Shown one piece after another: positions 40,631 through 55,999 of a stretch of DNA of 64,000 bases. The DNA comes from Octopus vulgaris (lineage: Eukaryota): positions 74,772,001-74,836,000 of the forward strand of contig OX597819.1 in the NCBI GenBank assembly GCA_951406725.2, given 5' to 3'. The notes under the pieces are model-generated. The model did not search any database, was not told the DNA's origin, and saw only the letters and a list, made by a program, of their open reading frames with translations. Within the stretch, counting starts at the first letter, position 1, and each line of letters begins with the position of its first letter. The translations under genes and the position numbers were made by a program.

Positions 40631-41134
40631 CATCATTATTATTATTATTGCCATTGTTGCCATTGTGGTTGCCGTCATAATTGATGTCATCATCATGAGC
40701 ATCACCACCTCCACCACCTCCACCACCAGCAAAAATGATGAAGCCTGCACGTGGTTGCTCGACTTCCTAGAAACAGTAGTCAAATCTCCACCAAATTGCT
40801 TTCAATCATCAGGAAATAAAAGGACCATGAGATTATATTTTTTTTTCTATATTGTACACAGCACCTGGAAAATGAGGCAGGTTGGTCATGGACGTGATAG
40901 CATAGATTTGATCATAATCTGCTTAATCAGAGCTGACCCAGGGCTAATCAACCACAAGCACCTACCGTCACTGCCACCACTGTCAACACCACCACCACCA
41001 CCATTACCATCACCATCATCATCATTTTCATCATCATCATCATCATAATCATCATCATCACCATTATCATTAGCATCATCATCATCAGCATAAATCATCA
41101 TTGTATATAATAGTTTATATATGCATACATACAT

Positions 41135-41188
<54 letters not shown>

Positions 41189-41273
41189 TATATACATATA
41201 TATATATGTGGTTATTGATAAAAAAAAGTAAATATATATATATACATATATATATATATAAAAATATATATAT

Positions 41274-41417
<144 letters not shown>

Positions 41418-41714
41418 GTATCTTGTGAAGTAATGTGAGAAATGGGCCATGTTTGGTGAAGTGTGAACAGGGAGGGAGTGGAAAAGAAAAAGTAAAACCA
41501 ATTATTCTTTTGAAATTTAATGAAAGGGAGGGAAAGAGAGAGATTGAGAGAAGGTGGGGCGATGGAGAGAAAAAAAGAAACACAGACAGTTAGACAGGCA
41601 GACAGACGGAGACAGATAGACACAAGTCAGATAGTGAGACAGGCAGAACAGAGATTTAGGTAAATTCAGTTGCTGATTAGGATTAGGATGGGAGATATAG
41701 TGTATATCTGGCCT

Positions 41715-42010
41715 CCGTGCTGGTGGCACGTAAAAGCACCATCCGTTTGTGTCTGTTGCCAGCCTCGCCTAGCCCCTGTGCCGGTGGCACGTAAAAGTAC
41801 CATCCGTTCGTGGCCGTTTGCCAGCTCCGTCTGGCACCTGTGCGGGTGGCACATAAAAAGCACCCACTACACTCACGGAGTGGTTGGCGTTAGGAAGGGC
41901 ATCCAGCCGTAGAAACACTGCCAGATCAGACTGGGCCTGATGCAGCCTTCTAGCTTCACAGACCCCAGTTGAACCGTCCAACCCATGCTAGCATGGAAAG
42001 CGGACGCTAA

Positions 42011-42048
<38 letters not shown>

Positions 42049-42077
42049 ATATATATATTATATACATAAATCCATAT

Positions 42078-42159
<82 letters not shown>

Positions 42160-42925
42160 TATATAATATATATATATATTGTTATACTTGGAGGTGGTCA
42201 CTTTTTCTTTTTTACTTTTTTTTATCAATTAATCACACACACTATTTGGTATAAAGTAAATTTGTCATGTTGTAATGATCTTTCTTAGACAACAGAATAT
42301 AGAGTTTTTCAATGTCTCACTAGCCTTGCTGAGGCTCATAATTTTAATACAAGAAGATAGAACAAACAGGCTTTAATCCAAATCATTACAATTGTTTCTG
42401 TGCATTACTATCAGTTGGTAATTGCTGAGTGTTTCACATATTACACATTATTACATCAATATAATACAACAATACCTCTGTATCTGCACATCTTCAGGTG
42501 AGTAGATTTGAGGGCACTGCTGGATCACCTCCAGTTTCCCTTTTCCTGGACTCAAATTCTTTATATATGTATATATATATATCATCATCATCATCATCAT
42601 TTAGCGTCCGCTTTCCATGCTAGCATGGGTTGGACGGTTCAACTGGGGTCTGGGAAGCCAGAAGGCTGCATCAGCCCCAGTCTGATCTGGCAGTGTTTCT
42701 ACGGCTGGATGCCCTTCCTAACGCCAACCACTCCGTGAGTGTAGTGGGTGCTTTTTACGAGCCACCCGCACAGGTGATAGACGGAGATGGCAGACGGCCA
42801 TGGACGGATGGTGCTTTTTACGTGCCACCGGCACGGGGGCCAGGCCAGGCTGGCAATGGCCATGATCGGATGGTGCTTTTACGTGCCACCAGCATGGGGG
42901 CCAGGCGAGGCTTGCAACGGCCACA
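41715..42925. mobile_element. Inverted tail-to-tail pair of RTE 3' UTR fragments (family C)
   Basis: 41715-42047 (+) and 42582-42925 (-) are highly similar and each ends in (GAT)n. Confidence 0.85.
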
Positions 42926-43021
42926 TAAACAAATAATATGTACAAAGAAAATCATATACTTATTTAAGTTCACACCTAAAATCATTTAGAAATTCAGCAA
43001 CTGTTTCAATTGCATTAGGAT

Positions 43022-43057
<36 letters not shown>

Positions 43058-43069
43058 TCATATATTTAA

Positions 43070-43118
<49 letters not shown>

Positions 43119-43270
43119 ATATATTAATATCACTTTTTCTTACACACACACAAACACACCCACATATATATAGTTGGAATTTACAAAAAAAAAACAAAAC
43201 AAAAAAAACGAAGACAGGTGTGTAAACAGCAAACAGATGTATTAGTTTAACACTTGGGAAGTGAGAAAGT

Positions 43271-43306
43271 CTTTTACATTTCGAGCCTACGCTCTTCAGC
43301 AGAAAG
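43271..43306 (-). ncRNA. Minimal hammerhead-like motif in a dispersed ~200-bp repeat
   Basis: cttt-CTGCTGA-a-gagc gtag gctc-GAAA-tg-TA-aaag; degraded copies at 22952-22987 (+) and 37484-37519 (-); core A6 is substituted. Confidence 0.45.
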
Positions 43307-43373
43307 GAACACAGAAATAAACAGGGAGAGAAAATTAAAAAATGGTTTAGTGGCTAGTGATCAATCATGGTGA

Positions 43374-43440
<67 letters not shown>

Positions 43441-43861
43441 ATGGGGAGACGAGGTGAAGATGAGAAAATTTATCCATCATGACATAAAGAGCAACATGCT
43501 GCCAAATTATTTGAATAGAGCTATGCAGATTGGCACTCTGTCATCCACCATGACGAGGGATCCAATTGATCTGATCGGTGGAACAGCCTCCTTGTGCAAT
43601 AAACATGCAAAAGGTTGGGCCTTCCACAGACACATGTACCCTTAACACAGTTCTCAAGGAGATTCAGCACGACACAGAGTGTGACAAAGATGGCCCCTTT
43701 GAATTACAGGTACAATTCAATTTTACCAGCTGAGTGGAACTTGAGCAATGTGAAATAAAATGTCTTGCTCAAGGACACAATTTGCCACTGGGAATCAAAG
43801 TCATAATCTCAAGACAAATATCACAACCACTAAGACACTTTGTAGAATAAGGCAACCAAAT

Positions 43862-44376
43862 GACGGTGAGATGGCAGAAACGTTAGCACACCAGGCAAAA
43901 TGCTTAGCAGTATTTCGTCTGTCTTTACATTCTGAGTTCAAATTCTACAGAGGTCGACTTTACCTTTCATCCTATCAGGGTCGATAAATTAAGTACCAGT
44001 TACATACTGGGGTTGATCTAATCAACTGGCCTCTCCCAAAAAATTTCGGGCCTTGTACCTAGAGTAGAAAAGAATGAGGCAACCGACAGATGATGTTACT
44101 CATGGCCCCCATTTTCAATGATCAGAGAGATTAGAACCTTTCTTATTTCTTTATTGCCCACAAGAGGCTAAACTTAGTGGGGACAAACAAGGACAGACAA
44201 AGGGATGAAGTCGATTATATCAACTCCAGTGCATAACTGGTACTTAATTTATCAACCCCGAAAGGATGAAAGGCAAAGTCGACCTTGGCGGAATTTGAAC
44301 TCGGAACAAAATACAGCCGAAATACCGTAAAGCATTTCGCCCAGCGTGCTAACATTTCTGCCAGTTCGCTGACTTA
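43862..44376. mobile_element. Inverted pair of SINE family B copies
   Basis: 43862-44075 (+) and 44140-44376 (-). Confidence 0.8.
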
Positions 44377-44599
44377 AGAATCTTTCTGAAACACTAAATA
44401 CTTTATCATGTGATGATCAGTAACTTTGGAAGTGTAGTTTTTGCCATAATGGGTAACAGCAGGAAACATAACCCACATACAGTATCACAATATCACAATA
44501 ATCATAATACTGGCTTGGCCATCAGATGCTGATGTACGCCACTGGTCCCAGTGAGCTTCAAATTCTGTCTTGACTGCCATTCTTTTCCATCTTTTTTTT

Positions 44600-44788
44600 T
44601 GCTTGTTTCAGTCATCTGACTGTAGCCATGCTGGAGCACTGCCTTTAGTCAAACAAATCGATCCCAGTGTAAGCCTAATACTTATTCTATCAGTCTTTAT
44701 AAAGCAAGCCACTAAGTGATGGAGATGTAAACACACCAGGATCGGTTGTAAGCAATGATGGGGAGGACAAACACAGACACACAAATAC

Positions 44789-44820
<32 letters not shown>

Positions 44821-44978
44821 GATGGGCTTCTTTCAGTTTCCATCTACCAAATCCATTCACAAGGCTTTGGTCAGCCTGAGGCTATAGCAGAAGACACTTT
44901 CCCAAGGTGCCATGCAGTGGGACTGAACCCAGAACCATGTGGTTGGAAAGCAAGCTTCTTACCACACATCCACTCTTG
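44600..44978 (-). mobile_element. SINE family A
   Basis: Colinear with the family A consensus. Confidence 0.85.
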
Positions 44979-46252
44979 CTTAACTAAATCATCTTCCTAT
45001 GATTGTTGAGACCTTCCAAATGGCCTTTCCTGATCTCTGGCCTACATACAATAATTATAATTTAGCTTTTCATCAAATTTTTTGGTACTTATATAAAAAA
45101 AAATTTAAAAATGAATACTCTTTTCAAAAGAATTATATCTGTTGACTTTAAATTAAATACAACAAATTTCTTCTTTGTATAACTCCTGCCATAACTTCTC
45201 TCTCATTTATTCCCCCTCCTTCCCTCTCCCTTCCACAAAACTTTGTACACACACCTATCCTGTGTCTCTTAAGTTAACTCTTTCTGTCTCTGCTTGTCTG
45301 TCTCTCTTTCTGTCCCTCCCCCTCTCTCTCTGTACAATGAAAGGCATGACTGGAGAAATCAGCCCACCAGCTTTTATATTGATTATTATCATATAGAAAC
45401 TCAAATCATTTTAAATATATGCAGCTTTCATTTAATTTGGAGCAGCATAGGGAAGACTAGTGTTTCATCGCTTTTAATACACGTCGCTTTTAAGTATGTG
45501 TTCATCCTATTTTTCTTCTAATATTTATTGTTTAAATAGAATAGCTTGGGTAAAGTATTGTGTAATATTCTTTTCTACTCTAGGCATAAGGCCTGAAATT
45601 TGGGTGGGGAGGGGGCCAGTCGATTAGATCGACCCCAGAATGCAACTGGTACTTAATTTATTGACCCTGAAAGGATGAAAGGCAAAGTCGACCTCAACAG
45701 AATTTGCACTCAGAACATAAAGGCAGACAAAATACCTATTTCTTTACTACCCACAAGAAAGAGTGAGAGAAAGTTTTGGCAAAAGAATACAGCAGGGATT
45801 GCCACCAACCCCTACCGAAGCTTCGTGGGGCTTTAGGTGTTTTCGGTCAATAAACACTCACAACACCTAGTCTGGGAATCGAAACCGCGATCCTATGACC
45901 GTGAGTCCGCTGCCCTAACCACTGGACCATTGCACTTCCACGATATATATATATATATATGATGATGATGATATATACTACGGACTTCTTCCAGTTTCCG
46001 TTTACCAAATCCGCTCACAAGACTTTGGTCAGCCTGAGGATATAGTAGAAGACACTTGCTCAAGGTGCCATGCAGTAGGACTGAACCTGAGACCATGTGG
46101 TTGGGAAGCAATCTACCACACAACCACTCCTGCATGTATATGTGTGTGTGTGTGTGTGTATGTATATATAAAAACAAATGAATCAATCATAAAGTATCTA
46201 CAATTGTTCCATTAAGAAATTTTACCTCATTATAACAGTGTAGAGGCAGGTA

Positions 46253-47543
46253 CGAGAGGTGTTCAATAAGTAATGCCCCTGACCCACTTCCCATAGCAGT
46301 AGAGCAACGAAACTTGGCACAGGTATTAGTCTTTTTCTACATAGGAACAACCCAGAGGTACGCATTTCTCCCATCGTTTGATGCAGTTCTGGAGACCGTT
46401 TTCGTAGAAGACCCCAGCTTGGTCCTCCAACCACGACGTGACTTCAGAAATCAAGGCTGCATCATCTGGGAAACGCTTTCCTTTCAAAAACAACTTCATG
46501 GCTGGGAAGAGGTGAAAAGCAGAGGGTGCAAGGTCAGGAGAGTAGGGGGATGGGGGAAGAGTTCAGAGCCGCACGCCTGTGCTTCTGATCTGGCGACACA
46601 CGAGTTGTGGACCGGAGCGTTGTCCTGCAGGAGGAGGATGCCTTTGCTGATCTTGCCCCGCCTCTTGGTTTCGATAGCTTCTCTTAATTTCCTCAAAAGT
46701 GAAACATGATAGGCTCCTGTAATTGTGGTACCCTTTGCCAGGAAATCTGTCATCACAACTCCGTCCTGGTTCCAGAAGACTGTGAGCATGACCTTGCCAG
46801 CGGAGGGCTGCACCCTTGCCTTCTTTGGAGGAGGTGAGTCATGGTGCTTCCACTGCATTGACTGGGCTTTGGTCTCTGGATCATAGTGATGGACCCAGGT
46901 CTCATCCTGTGTAATCAGTCTTTTGAAAAATTTTGACTCATCTTCTTAGCACATCCCTAAATTCTTGCTTCTGGAATTCTTGCATTCTTGCTTCTGGAAA
47001 AGTGTGAGCAACCTGGAAATCCATCTGGCAGACACCTTTTGCATATGCAAATGGTCATGAATGATAGTTTCCACAGACCCGGTACTAATCTTGACCTCAT
47101 GGGCTATTTGGCGAATAGTTATGCGTCGATCTTCCAAAATGGCAGCCTCAACTTGACGGACAGATGCCTCATCAATGGCAGAAGGGGTGCGACCAGATCT
47201 GGCAGCTGTTTCCACAGAGTTCCGACCATGTTTGAATTCACGATGCCAGCGTTTTACAAGGTCATATGATGAGGTATCATCACCATAAGTTACTTTCATT
47301 TCATTAAAAGTCTCCTGTGGTGTGCGTCATTTCAAATACAAAACCGGATCACTGCTTGACACTCAACATGCTCCATTTCACACTTGACTCATTTCAAACA
47401 CCTGTAAATCAGAAACCACAATTAGTTCGGAACTGTAATTTGCCACTTAATCTATAGAGATATAAATAATTGCACATGCAAAATTTCAGCTAGATCAAAC
47501 GAAGGCAAGTGGGTCAGAGGCATTACTTATTGAACGCCCCTCG
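46253..47543 (-). mobile_element. Full-length (1291 bp) mariner transposon, irritans-like
   Basis: TA TSDs (46251-52, 47544-45); ~37-bp TIRs cgagaggtgttcaataagtaatgcccctgacccactt / aagtgggtcagaggcattacttattgaacgcccctcg. Confidence 0.95.
46326..47376 (-). pseudogene. Mariner DD34D transposase, inactivated
   Basis: Motifs ARWISRLL, QDETWVHHYDPE, AGKVMLTVFW, LLQDNAPVH, YSPDLAPS(A)F; frameshifts, a stop, and the third catalytic Asp changed to Ala. Confidence 0.93.
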
Positions 47544-48036
47544 TATGTATGGAAGGGCAACATCTCTAAGACATAGCAAAACATATCAGAGAACCTCTCA
47601 GCTCCTCAGGTTGCACCATGTTGCATAAAAACAAATCCTGACATGACACTGAACAGCACATTATAGTTATTTTACCCTTTTGTTACCATATTTCTGTTGA
47701 GACATTCTGTGTTTCTTTCAATTAATTTTAAATACAACAAAGAATTTAGTAAAATAACGTAACTTATCATTGAGCTAATGTTAGAAACATAAATTGTGAC
47801 TAAGGTTTGGTGGAGAATTTTAAATGACAACAAAAGAATGAATGAGACCTTGATATTATGTAAATAGAGGAATTTATCAGGAAAATACATTGTGTTATTT
47901 GTTTTACCTCATTCTATGTTGAAAGCATGCAGAGGTGGAGCTCTCAGCCAAGGTTCAAATGGAACTGAGCCAAGCTGACAGCCACGCCAGCAAAGATTAC
48001 ACGAACCAGCGGCCTTGGGCTTGGGTGGAAAATTAG

Positions 48037-48289
48037 CATCATCACTTTCGTTACCGTCATTGCCATCATCATCATCATCACCATGGTCATCACTATCACC
48101 ATTGTCATTACTATCACTGTCACCATCATCATTATCATCATCATTGCCATCATCATCATAATCGCCATCATCATCATCATCATCAAAATCACCATCATCA
48201 TCATCGTCGTCATAATTGCCATCATCATCATCACCACCATCACCATTATCATCACCTACATCACCACCACCACCACCACCACCACCACC

Positions 48290-48353
<64 letters not shown>

Positions 48354-48378
48354 CCACCACCACCACCACCACCATCAG
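48037..48378. repeat. (CAT)n/(CAC)n compound repeat; similar tracts at 48775-49037, 51690-52005 and 40567-40725
   Basis: Direct reading. Confidence 0.95.
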
Positions 48379-49909
48379 CTTTATTATTTATCTCCTACAT
48401 TGGTACTAGTGCAGAATATTTCGCTTCCAGTTGTGAGAATTAGAATTGCTTGTACATGACTCTGCTCTTTGACTCTTGTTTATGTTGCAGAACCAAGAAT
48501 GGTGCAGGGCAATGCCAAGAATTGCAGGATTGGAATTTAGAAATATGAATGGATGGAACTAAAAGCCACAAGGAACTTAGATTTCCATGAATTCCGCTGC
48601 CATCCGTTGCCATTATCCTCATCATAGGCATCAGCATCATTATTGTTTTAACTTGGTCATTAATGCTATTGTTGACAATGTCTCATCACCAACCTCATTA
48701 TCATAATTACCGTAATTAGCATTATTAGCATTCCGCATTGGCATCGCTTGTCATCACTATTATTAAACCTTTCCATCATTGCTGTCATCATCATCATAGT
48801 TGTCATTATCATCATCATCATCATCATCACCATCACTATTGGCATCATCAACTTCATCGTCGTCGTCGTCGTCATCATCATCATCATCATTACCATCAGC
48901 ATCATCATCATCATCGTCACCATCACCACCACCACCGCCGCCACCACCACTACCATCATCATCACCATCATCATCATCATTATCGTCGTCATCATCATTA
49001 CCATCTTCACTGTCGCTGTTGTCATCTTCATCATCATTTAACGTCCATTTTCCCTGCTAGCATGGGTTGGATGGTTTGACAGGCACTGGCAAAAGTCAGA
49101 AGACTGCACCAGGCTCCAGTTGTCCTCAGTTTTGGCATGGATGCTTCTATGGTTGGGTGCCCTTCCTATTGCCACCCACTCAAAACACTTCATTTCACAT
49201 TGCTCCAATCTACTCAGCTGTAAATGGGACTTCATGCAACAGACGAGCTCTCCCAATTGGGGGAGAATGTTGGCCTGCTCGCCGAGCCAGTCAGGTGACA
49301 TCATTTGAAAGTTTAAAAATGATAGAAAGCACATTGTGAGCAGTGATGTATAACAACATCTGACAGTCTGGTCAATATCATGATGTATGAATACGCTTGA
49401 ATGGTGGGGGATATTCGTTTAACAAATAATAACAATTATTAATTTGATAAATTAAATAATCAAAGTAAATGCGATTTTCATAGACTTGTGGAATCTTTTA
49501 TTGTTTCAGTTGGCACTGCAGTGCCACATAAAAGGGGAAACATGCTGGCATCCTGCATAAAGGCACGTGTGCCAGTGCCACATTGTGGCACCAAGTACAA
49601 TCTGTAAAGTGATTGGCATTAGGAAGGTCATCCAGACATGGATCCCATGCCAGAACAAACTGGTGAAGCCCTGTCAAACCGTCCAACCCATGACAGCATA
49701 GGAAATGGACATTAATTGTGATGATGATGATGTATGCATATCGTGGCTGATGCTGGTGTCACATAACTGGCACCCATGCCAGTAGCACGTAAAAAGCACC
49801 TTTCAAGTGTTGGGCCACACAGAGACCTTTGGCATTATGTCATGCTTGAGAAGAAGAGCCATTAAGCCAAGTAAAATCACAGTTGTAGCAGATATTGGCA
49901 TCAAGCAAA

Positions 49910-50085
49910 GGGATTAGGTCGATTATATCGACCCCAGTGTGTAACTGGTACTTATTTAATCTACCCCGAAAGGATGAAAGGCAAAATCAACCTCGGTAGA
50001 ATTTGAACTCATAATGTAGTGACAGACGAAATACAACTAAGCATTTCACCTGGCGTGCTAAAGATTCTGCCAGCTCACCACCTTA

Positions 50086-50116
<31 letters not shown>

Positions 50117-50345
50117 CAATAATAATGATGATGATGATGATATGAAATTTTTGCCACAAGGACAGCTTCGGGAATGGAATTAATTCAATTACATTAACCC
50201 CAGTGTGTAACTGGTACTTATTTAATCAACTCCAAAAGGATGAAAGGCAAAGTCGACCTCAGTGGAATTTGAACTCAGAAGGTAACTGCAGACGAAATAC
50301 CGCTAAGCATTTCTCTCGGCATGCTAACATTTCTGCCAGCTCGAC
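49910..50345 (-). mobile_element. Two SINE family B copies
   Basis: 49910-50085 and ~50150-50345. Confidence 0.8.
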
Positions 50346-50651
50346 ATCCTTTATTTTTTTCTATTGATCAATAAATGAATTTATTGATATTAAGTTCTGA
50401 CCTTCTGTAGAGAGTTGTTTTGCCTGGTGCAATGTGTGAAAGCTTTCAACCAAAGAAACGTCTCATCCTTTTGTTTCTTAAAAGTACTGCAACATCGAGA
50501 ATTTTCACCGAAGTCATAGAATTTTCTTTGTGCCTCTTGTTCTACATTTATTTAGAGAGCAATGTGCTGTTCCTGCCATTCCTCATTGGATGGTTGTATC
50601 CAACACTTTAACATAAAAATGATGTTAAAACAAAGTAAACACAGGTGAAGG

Positions 50652-51030
50652 TATGGCTGTGAGGTAAGAAGCTTACCAACCAACCACATGGTTTTAGGTT
50701 CAGTCCCACTTCTTGTCATTTTGGACTGTCTTCTACTAAAGCCTCAGGCTGACCAAAGCCTTAGGAGAGGTTTTGGTTGATGGAAATTGAAAGAAGTCCG
50801 TCGTATCTGTGTGTGTGTGTGTGTGTGTGTGTGTCTTTGTGACTGTGTTTGCCTCCACATCACTTCTTGACAACCAATGTTGGTGTGTTTACATCCCTGT
50901 AACTTGGTAGTTTGGCAAAGGAGACCAATGAAATAAGTACTAGGCTTTAAAAAAGTGCTGAGGTTGATTCATTTGACTAAAATTTCTTTAAGCTGCTACT
51001 CCAGCATGGCCATGGTCTAATGACTGATAA
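50652..51030 (+). mobile_element. SINE family A, diverged
   Basis: Colinear with the family A consensus. Confidence 0.8.
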
Positions 51031-51910
51031 ATCAGAAATAGAGGGTGTTGCCATATTAACAATGAGATGAATGGAAATTTTGATGAAAGGATAAGAGAGA
51101 GGACATGATTTTTGATTCATCATATATTTGTAGTATTGGACATAGCAGTCCGATGCGGAACAACACAAATTAATTTTTATGCAGAGATTTTATTGAACAG
51201 GTTCTGTAGATAGATATGTATTAGTGAAAAAGAGAGAGAGAGAGAGAGAATGAATATAAATGTCTCCTGGGATTGTGTGATTTTAAGTAAGTCGCAGTTT
51301 CGGTCATTTGTGGGACAAACTCTTCCTGCTAACAAGCTTGCTTGTCAAACAACACCTGAAATCAAACACTGTCTCATTTCACACATGAATGCATCTACTC
51401 ACTCCTATCTCCTCAACACCTTTCTCTCTCTCCTCTCTCTCTCTTTAAATCTATATGCATTCTATGCACTCCAGAACAAATCTGATTGGACAGATCTGCA
51501 GTGATGTCATCACTTGAAAGTTTGGAAGTTGTTTGCATAGAATTTCCTGATTGACAACAACAAATTCTGGTCTAAAACCAACAAGACCAGCTCCGCATTT
51601 AGAATATACAGAGAGGAAAGTAGAAGAGGTTCTTTGTGGAAAAGGAGAGCTTGAACTCAGAACTATGTGGTGAAGAAAAATGACTGAGCTGATGGTGATG
51701 ATGATGATAATGATGAAGATGAGGATGAGGACAATGATTATGATGCTGACAGTGATGATGGTAGTAGTGGTAGTGATGGTGATGATGATGGTGATGATAA
51801 TGATGATGATGGTGGTGACGACGGCGACGATGATGATGGTGATGATGATGACGGCAACGATGACGACGACAATGACAGCAATGATGATGATGATGATAGT
51901 GGCGATGACA

Positions 51911-51950
<40 letters not shown>

Positions 51951-52243
51951 CAATGATGATGATGGCAATGATGATGATGGCAATGATGATAACGATGAAG
52001 ATGAAGTGTGATGACCTTTAATAAGTTTACACACACACACTCACACATAAAAAAAAGACAACCAAATCTCTACAATATTGATTGGAAATTCTGTAAAATG
52101 GTCTCTGAAAAACGCCTCCATTGGTTCGTTAATAAGAAGGTAAGGACAAATAAGAAATCCTAATTAGGTTATGGGAAACCATCTTCTTTTCAGATACAGC
52201 ATAGTGTTATTTAAACACTTGTAGGATGTGCTTAGAATCATGT

Positions 52244-52319
<76 letters not shown>

Positions 52320-52453
52320 ATACAACAACAGCAGCAACAAGAACAACGATAATAGCTTTCACACCTTTTAATCAATGTCTGGTCAACAAAGGTGATGCAT
52401 ATCGCATTAAAAAGATATGTTGCACAATGACACACACATACACAGACATTCCA

Positions 52454-52487
<34 letters not shown>

Positions 52488-52590
52488 TTCTGTATTGACA
52501 AAAGATATAAATGCTCTTAGTTGTGCATGGATGAACGAAATCATTGAAGATATGTCGAAGAAAAGATGTCAGGAGGTGTGCATATAAAAT

Positions 52591-52633
<43 letters not shown>

Positions 52634-53826
52634 GACACAAACATAAAAATGTTTTGTGCAAAACAATGCCTGTGACTTGAAGCAGACAGAAAAATGTATG
52701 GAAAAAATATAAATGAAATACAGAAATACAAAATTACAGAAATAGGGAGCCTCAAAAGACTTTGAACACACACACACACACACACACACACACATCTATC
52801 ATCATCATCATCATCATCGTTTAACGCCCGTTTTCCATGCTGGTATGGGTTGGACGGTTCGACTGGGATCTGGGAAGCCAGGAGGCTGCATCAGGCCCCA
52901 ATTCTTCCAGACCATTACTCCAAATCATTCAGTTTCCTTTCATACTGTCACTTCTTTCTTGCCCAACTTCGTTTTCCACACTTCCCCCTCAAGTCTCCTC
53001 AATCTGTTGGTCATGTGACCTGCAATTATTGGAAGCAGTATAGAAGAGGGAGGACTCGTTTGTCTTCTGAGGTAAAAGGCAACCAACTAGGGCTGGTGCA
53101 CAGTGAAATGCACACAGTGCAATATGCAAAATGGCTGGAGATGGAAAAGAGAAGATGTAGGAAGGAGAAGACCTTCTAGGCTTGTGTTGTCAAGGACACC
53201 ACAATTTCTTTAGTGTTGGTGCCACAATAAAATGAATGTCGGTTAACTTTGTGATGAAATTTGTGTTAAGAAGGGCATGTATCCATGGAAACCATGTTGA
53301 GGTCAAGCATACAAAAGGGTCAAGAGCCTCAGACCAATTTAAAGGGCAGTAACACCACCCCACAACTCGCAAAAACTGGTTCAGACCAAAAGGACCCATC
53401 CAATTCATGTCAACATGGAAAATGAATGTAAAAGTGTTGATAATGATGATGATGATGAGTAAGAAGCGGATCACACATATGTGTGTGTGTGTGTGTGTGT
53501 GTATGTGTCTATACACACACACGCACACATATATATAATTATTATTATTTGAGGGAATAAAATCCAAACTTACAAGGAAAAAAATTCAATTTAGATATAC
53601 TAAATTAAATTTCACACAATATATCATCATCATCATCATCATTGTTTAGCATTGATATATATATATATATATAAAAAATTAGAAAGAAAACACCCTTTAT
53701 CAATTCAAAGTGAACAATTAAATTACACCATCTAGAAAATTGCATATAACAGAAATATTAAAATTAAAATAACACTAAAATGTTAATGATTAAGTAAATT
53801 GCAAAAAAATAATAAAAACGTATATA

Positions 53827-53888
<62 letters not shown>

Positions 53889-54298
53889 GTATGTATGTAT
53901 CATCATCATCATCATTTAATGTCCACTTTCCATGCTGGCATGGGTTGAACAGTTTGACTGAGGGTTGGCAAGCTTAAAGGCTACACCAGGCTCCAATCTG
54001 ATCTGGCAATGTTTCTATGGATGGATGGCCTTCATAATGCCAACCACTCCAAGAGTGTAGTGGGTGCTTTTAATGTGTCCCCAGCATGAGGGCCAGTTAG
54101 GCAGTACTGGCACTGACCACACTTGAATGATGCCTTTTACGTGCCACTGGCACAGGACCAGTCAGGCAGATATATATATATATATATATCCCTTCAAAGA
54201 TTGGTCAGACAGCAAGGCACCACCAGATTCCTGTCAAGCCATGCAGTCCAAGAAATTCTCTGCAGTGTTGCTGGAATAGTGATCTTACATCTAATAAC

Positions 54299-54533
54299 TA
54301 TTTCTTTACTACCCACAAGGGGCTAAAACATAGAGGGGACAAACAAGGACGGACAAACAGATTAAGCCGATTACATCGACACCAGTGCGTAACTGGTACT
54401 TAATTTATCGACCCCGAAAGGATGAAAGGCAAAGTCGACCTCGGCGGAATTTGAACTCAGAACGTAACGGCAGATGAAATACGGCTACGCATTTTGCCTG
54501 GTGTGCTAACGGTTCTGCCAGCTCGCCGCTCTC
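54299..54533 (-). mobile_element. SINE family B with 12-bp TSD
   Basis: acatctaataac at 54287-54298 and 54534-54545. Confidence 0.9.
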
Positions 54534-54710
54534 ACATCTAATAACACCATGTGACCCACCTTGACCAATAGCAGCCCAGTTTCCAGTAGCCATCTTGGAT
54601 TTCCTGGATCTCTCCTTTCAATTAACTGTGCCTGACAAGCTAGGTTACTGTCAGAAGTCCATGAATCTTTAAGTCACATGTGGCTGCTGAATCAAACTAT
54701 TTTAAATAAC

Positions 54711-54758
<48 letters not shown>

Positions 54759-55018
54759 TAGAAGAAGAAGAAGAAAAAGAAGAAGAAGACGAAGAAATTA
54801 TTTTCTAGTTCATAGTTAACAACTAGTGTTACTATGTATGCAAGGAGCAGATAAAATCTTGGCAACATGTTTCCTAGCAAAAAGGACCTCTGATGTAATA
54901 ATTACTGAGGAGTACTCAGCCAGCAGCTACTTACCTGGCCAAAGATACCTTGGTTATATAAAGGTTACATTGTCATCACGGGATCCTGAGTTTGAAACTA
55001 TTTTTCAGCTTATTGAAC

Positions 55019-55063
<45 letters not shown>

Positions 55064-55066
<3 letters not shown>

Positions 55067-55685
55067 ATTGGCTGTATGGTAAGAAGCTTGCTTACCAACC
55101 ACATGGTCCCAAGTTCAGTCTCACAGCGTGGCACTTTGGGCAAGTATCTTCTACTATAGCCTCAGGCTAACCAAAGCGTTGTGAGTGGATTTGGTAGGCG
55201 GAAACTGAAAGAAGCCCGTTGTATATGTGTGTGTGCATTTATGTATGTGTTTGTATTTGTCCCTCTCCCACACCATTGCTTGACAACTGATGTTGGTGTA
55301 TTTATGTCTCCATAACTTAGCAGTTTGGTAAAAGAGACCAATAGAATAAGTACTAGGTTTACAAAGAATAAGTCTTGGGGTTGATTTGTTCAACTAAAGT
55401 TAGCGCTCCAGCATGGCCACAGTAAAATGACTGAAACAAGTGAAACAAAAAAAAAATTATATATACTAGTATTATAACTCGATTTCATTCGGGTCTACAC
55501 GGCCGCTTTTTAAAGATGAGGAATTTTACTCTAGAGGCCATGCCTTTCAATTGCACAAACTTAAAGTGGCCATGCAAACTCCCCAGCACTTTTAACATAG
55601 GTGTGCAAATTTTCAGCTCAATCCAACCACATTTACTAACACTATTGCCTGCACAACTGCTTGTGAGGCAATGTCTGCTCTTTTC

Positions 55686-55723
<38 letters not shown>

Positions 55724-55937
55724 TCTTTTACTCTTTTACTTGTTTCAGTCATTTGACTGTGGCCATGCTGGAGCACTGCCTTTAGTTGAGCAAATCGACC
55801 CCGGGACTTATTCTTTGTAAGACCAGTACTTATTCTATCGGTCTCTTTTGCCGAACCGCTAGGTGACGGGGACGTAAACACACCAGCATCGGTTGTCAAG
55901 CAATGCTAGGGGGACAAACACAGACACACAAACATGT

Positions 55938-55999
<62 letters not shown>

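Noticed and set aside
46496-47299. SETMAR-like domesticated gene
   Set aside because: TIRs and TSDs are intact, with frameshifts, a lost catalytic Asp and no SET domain.
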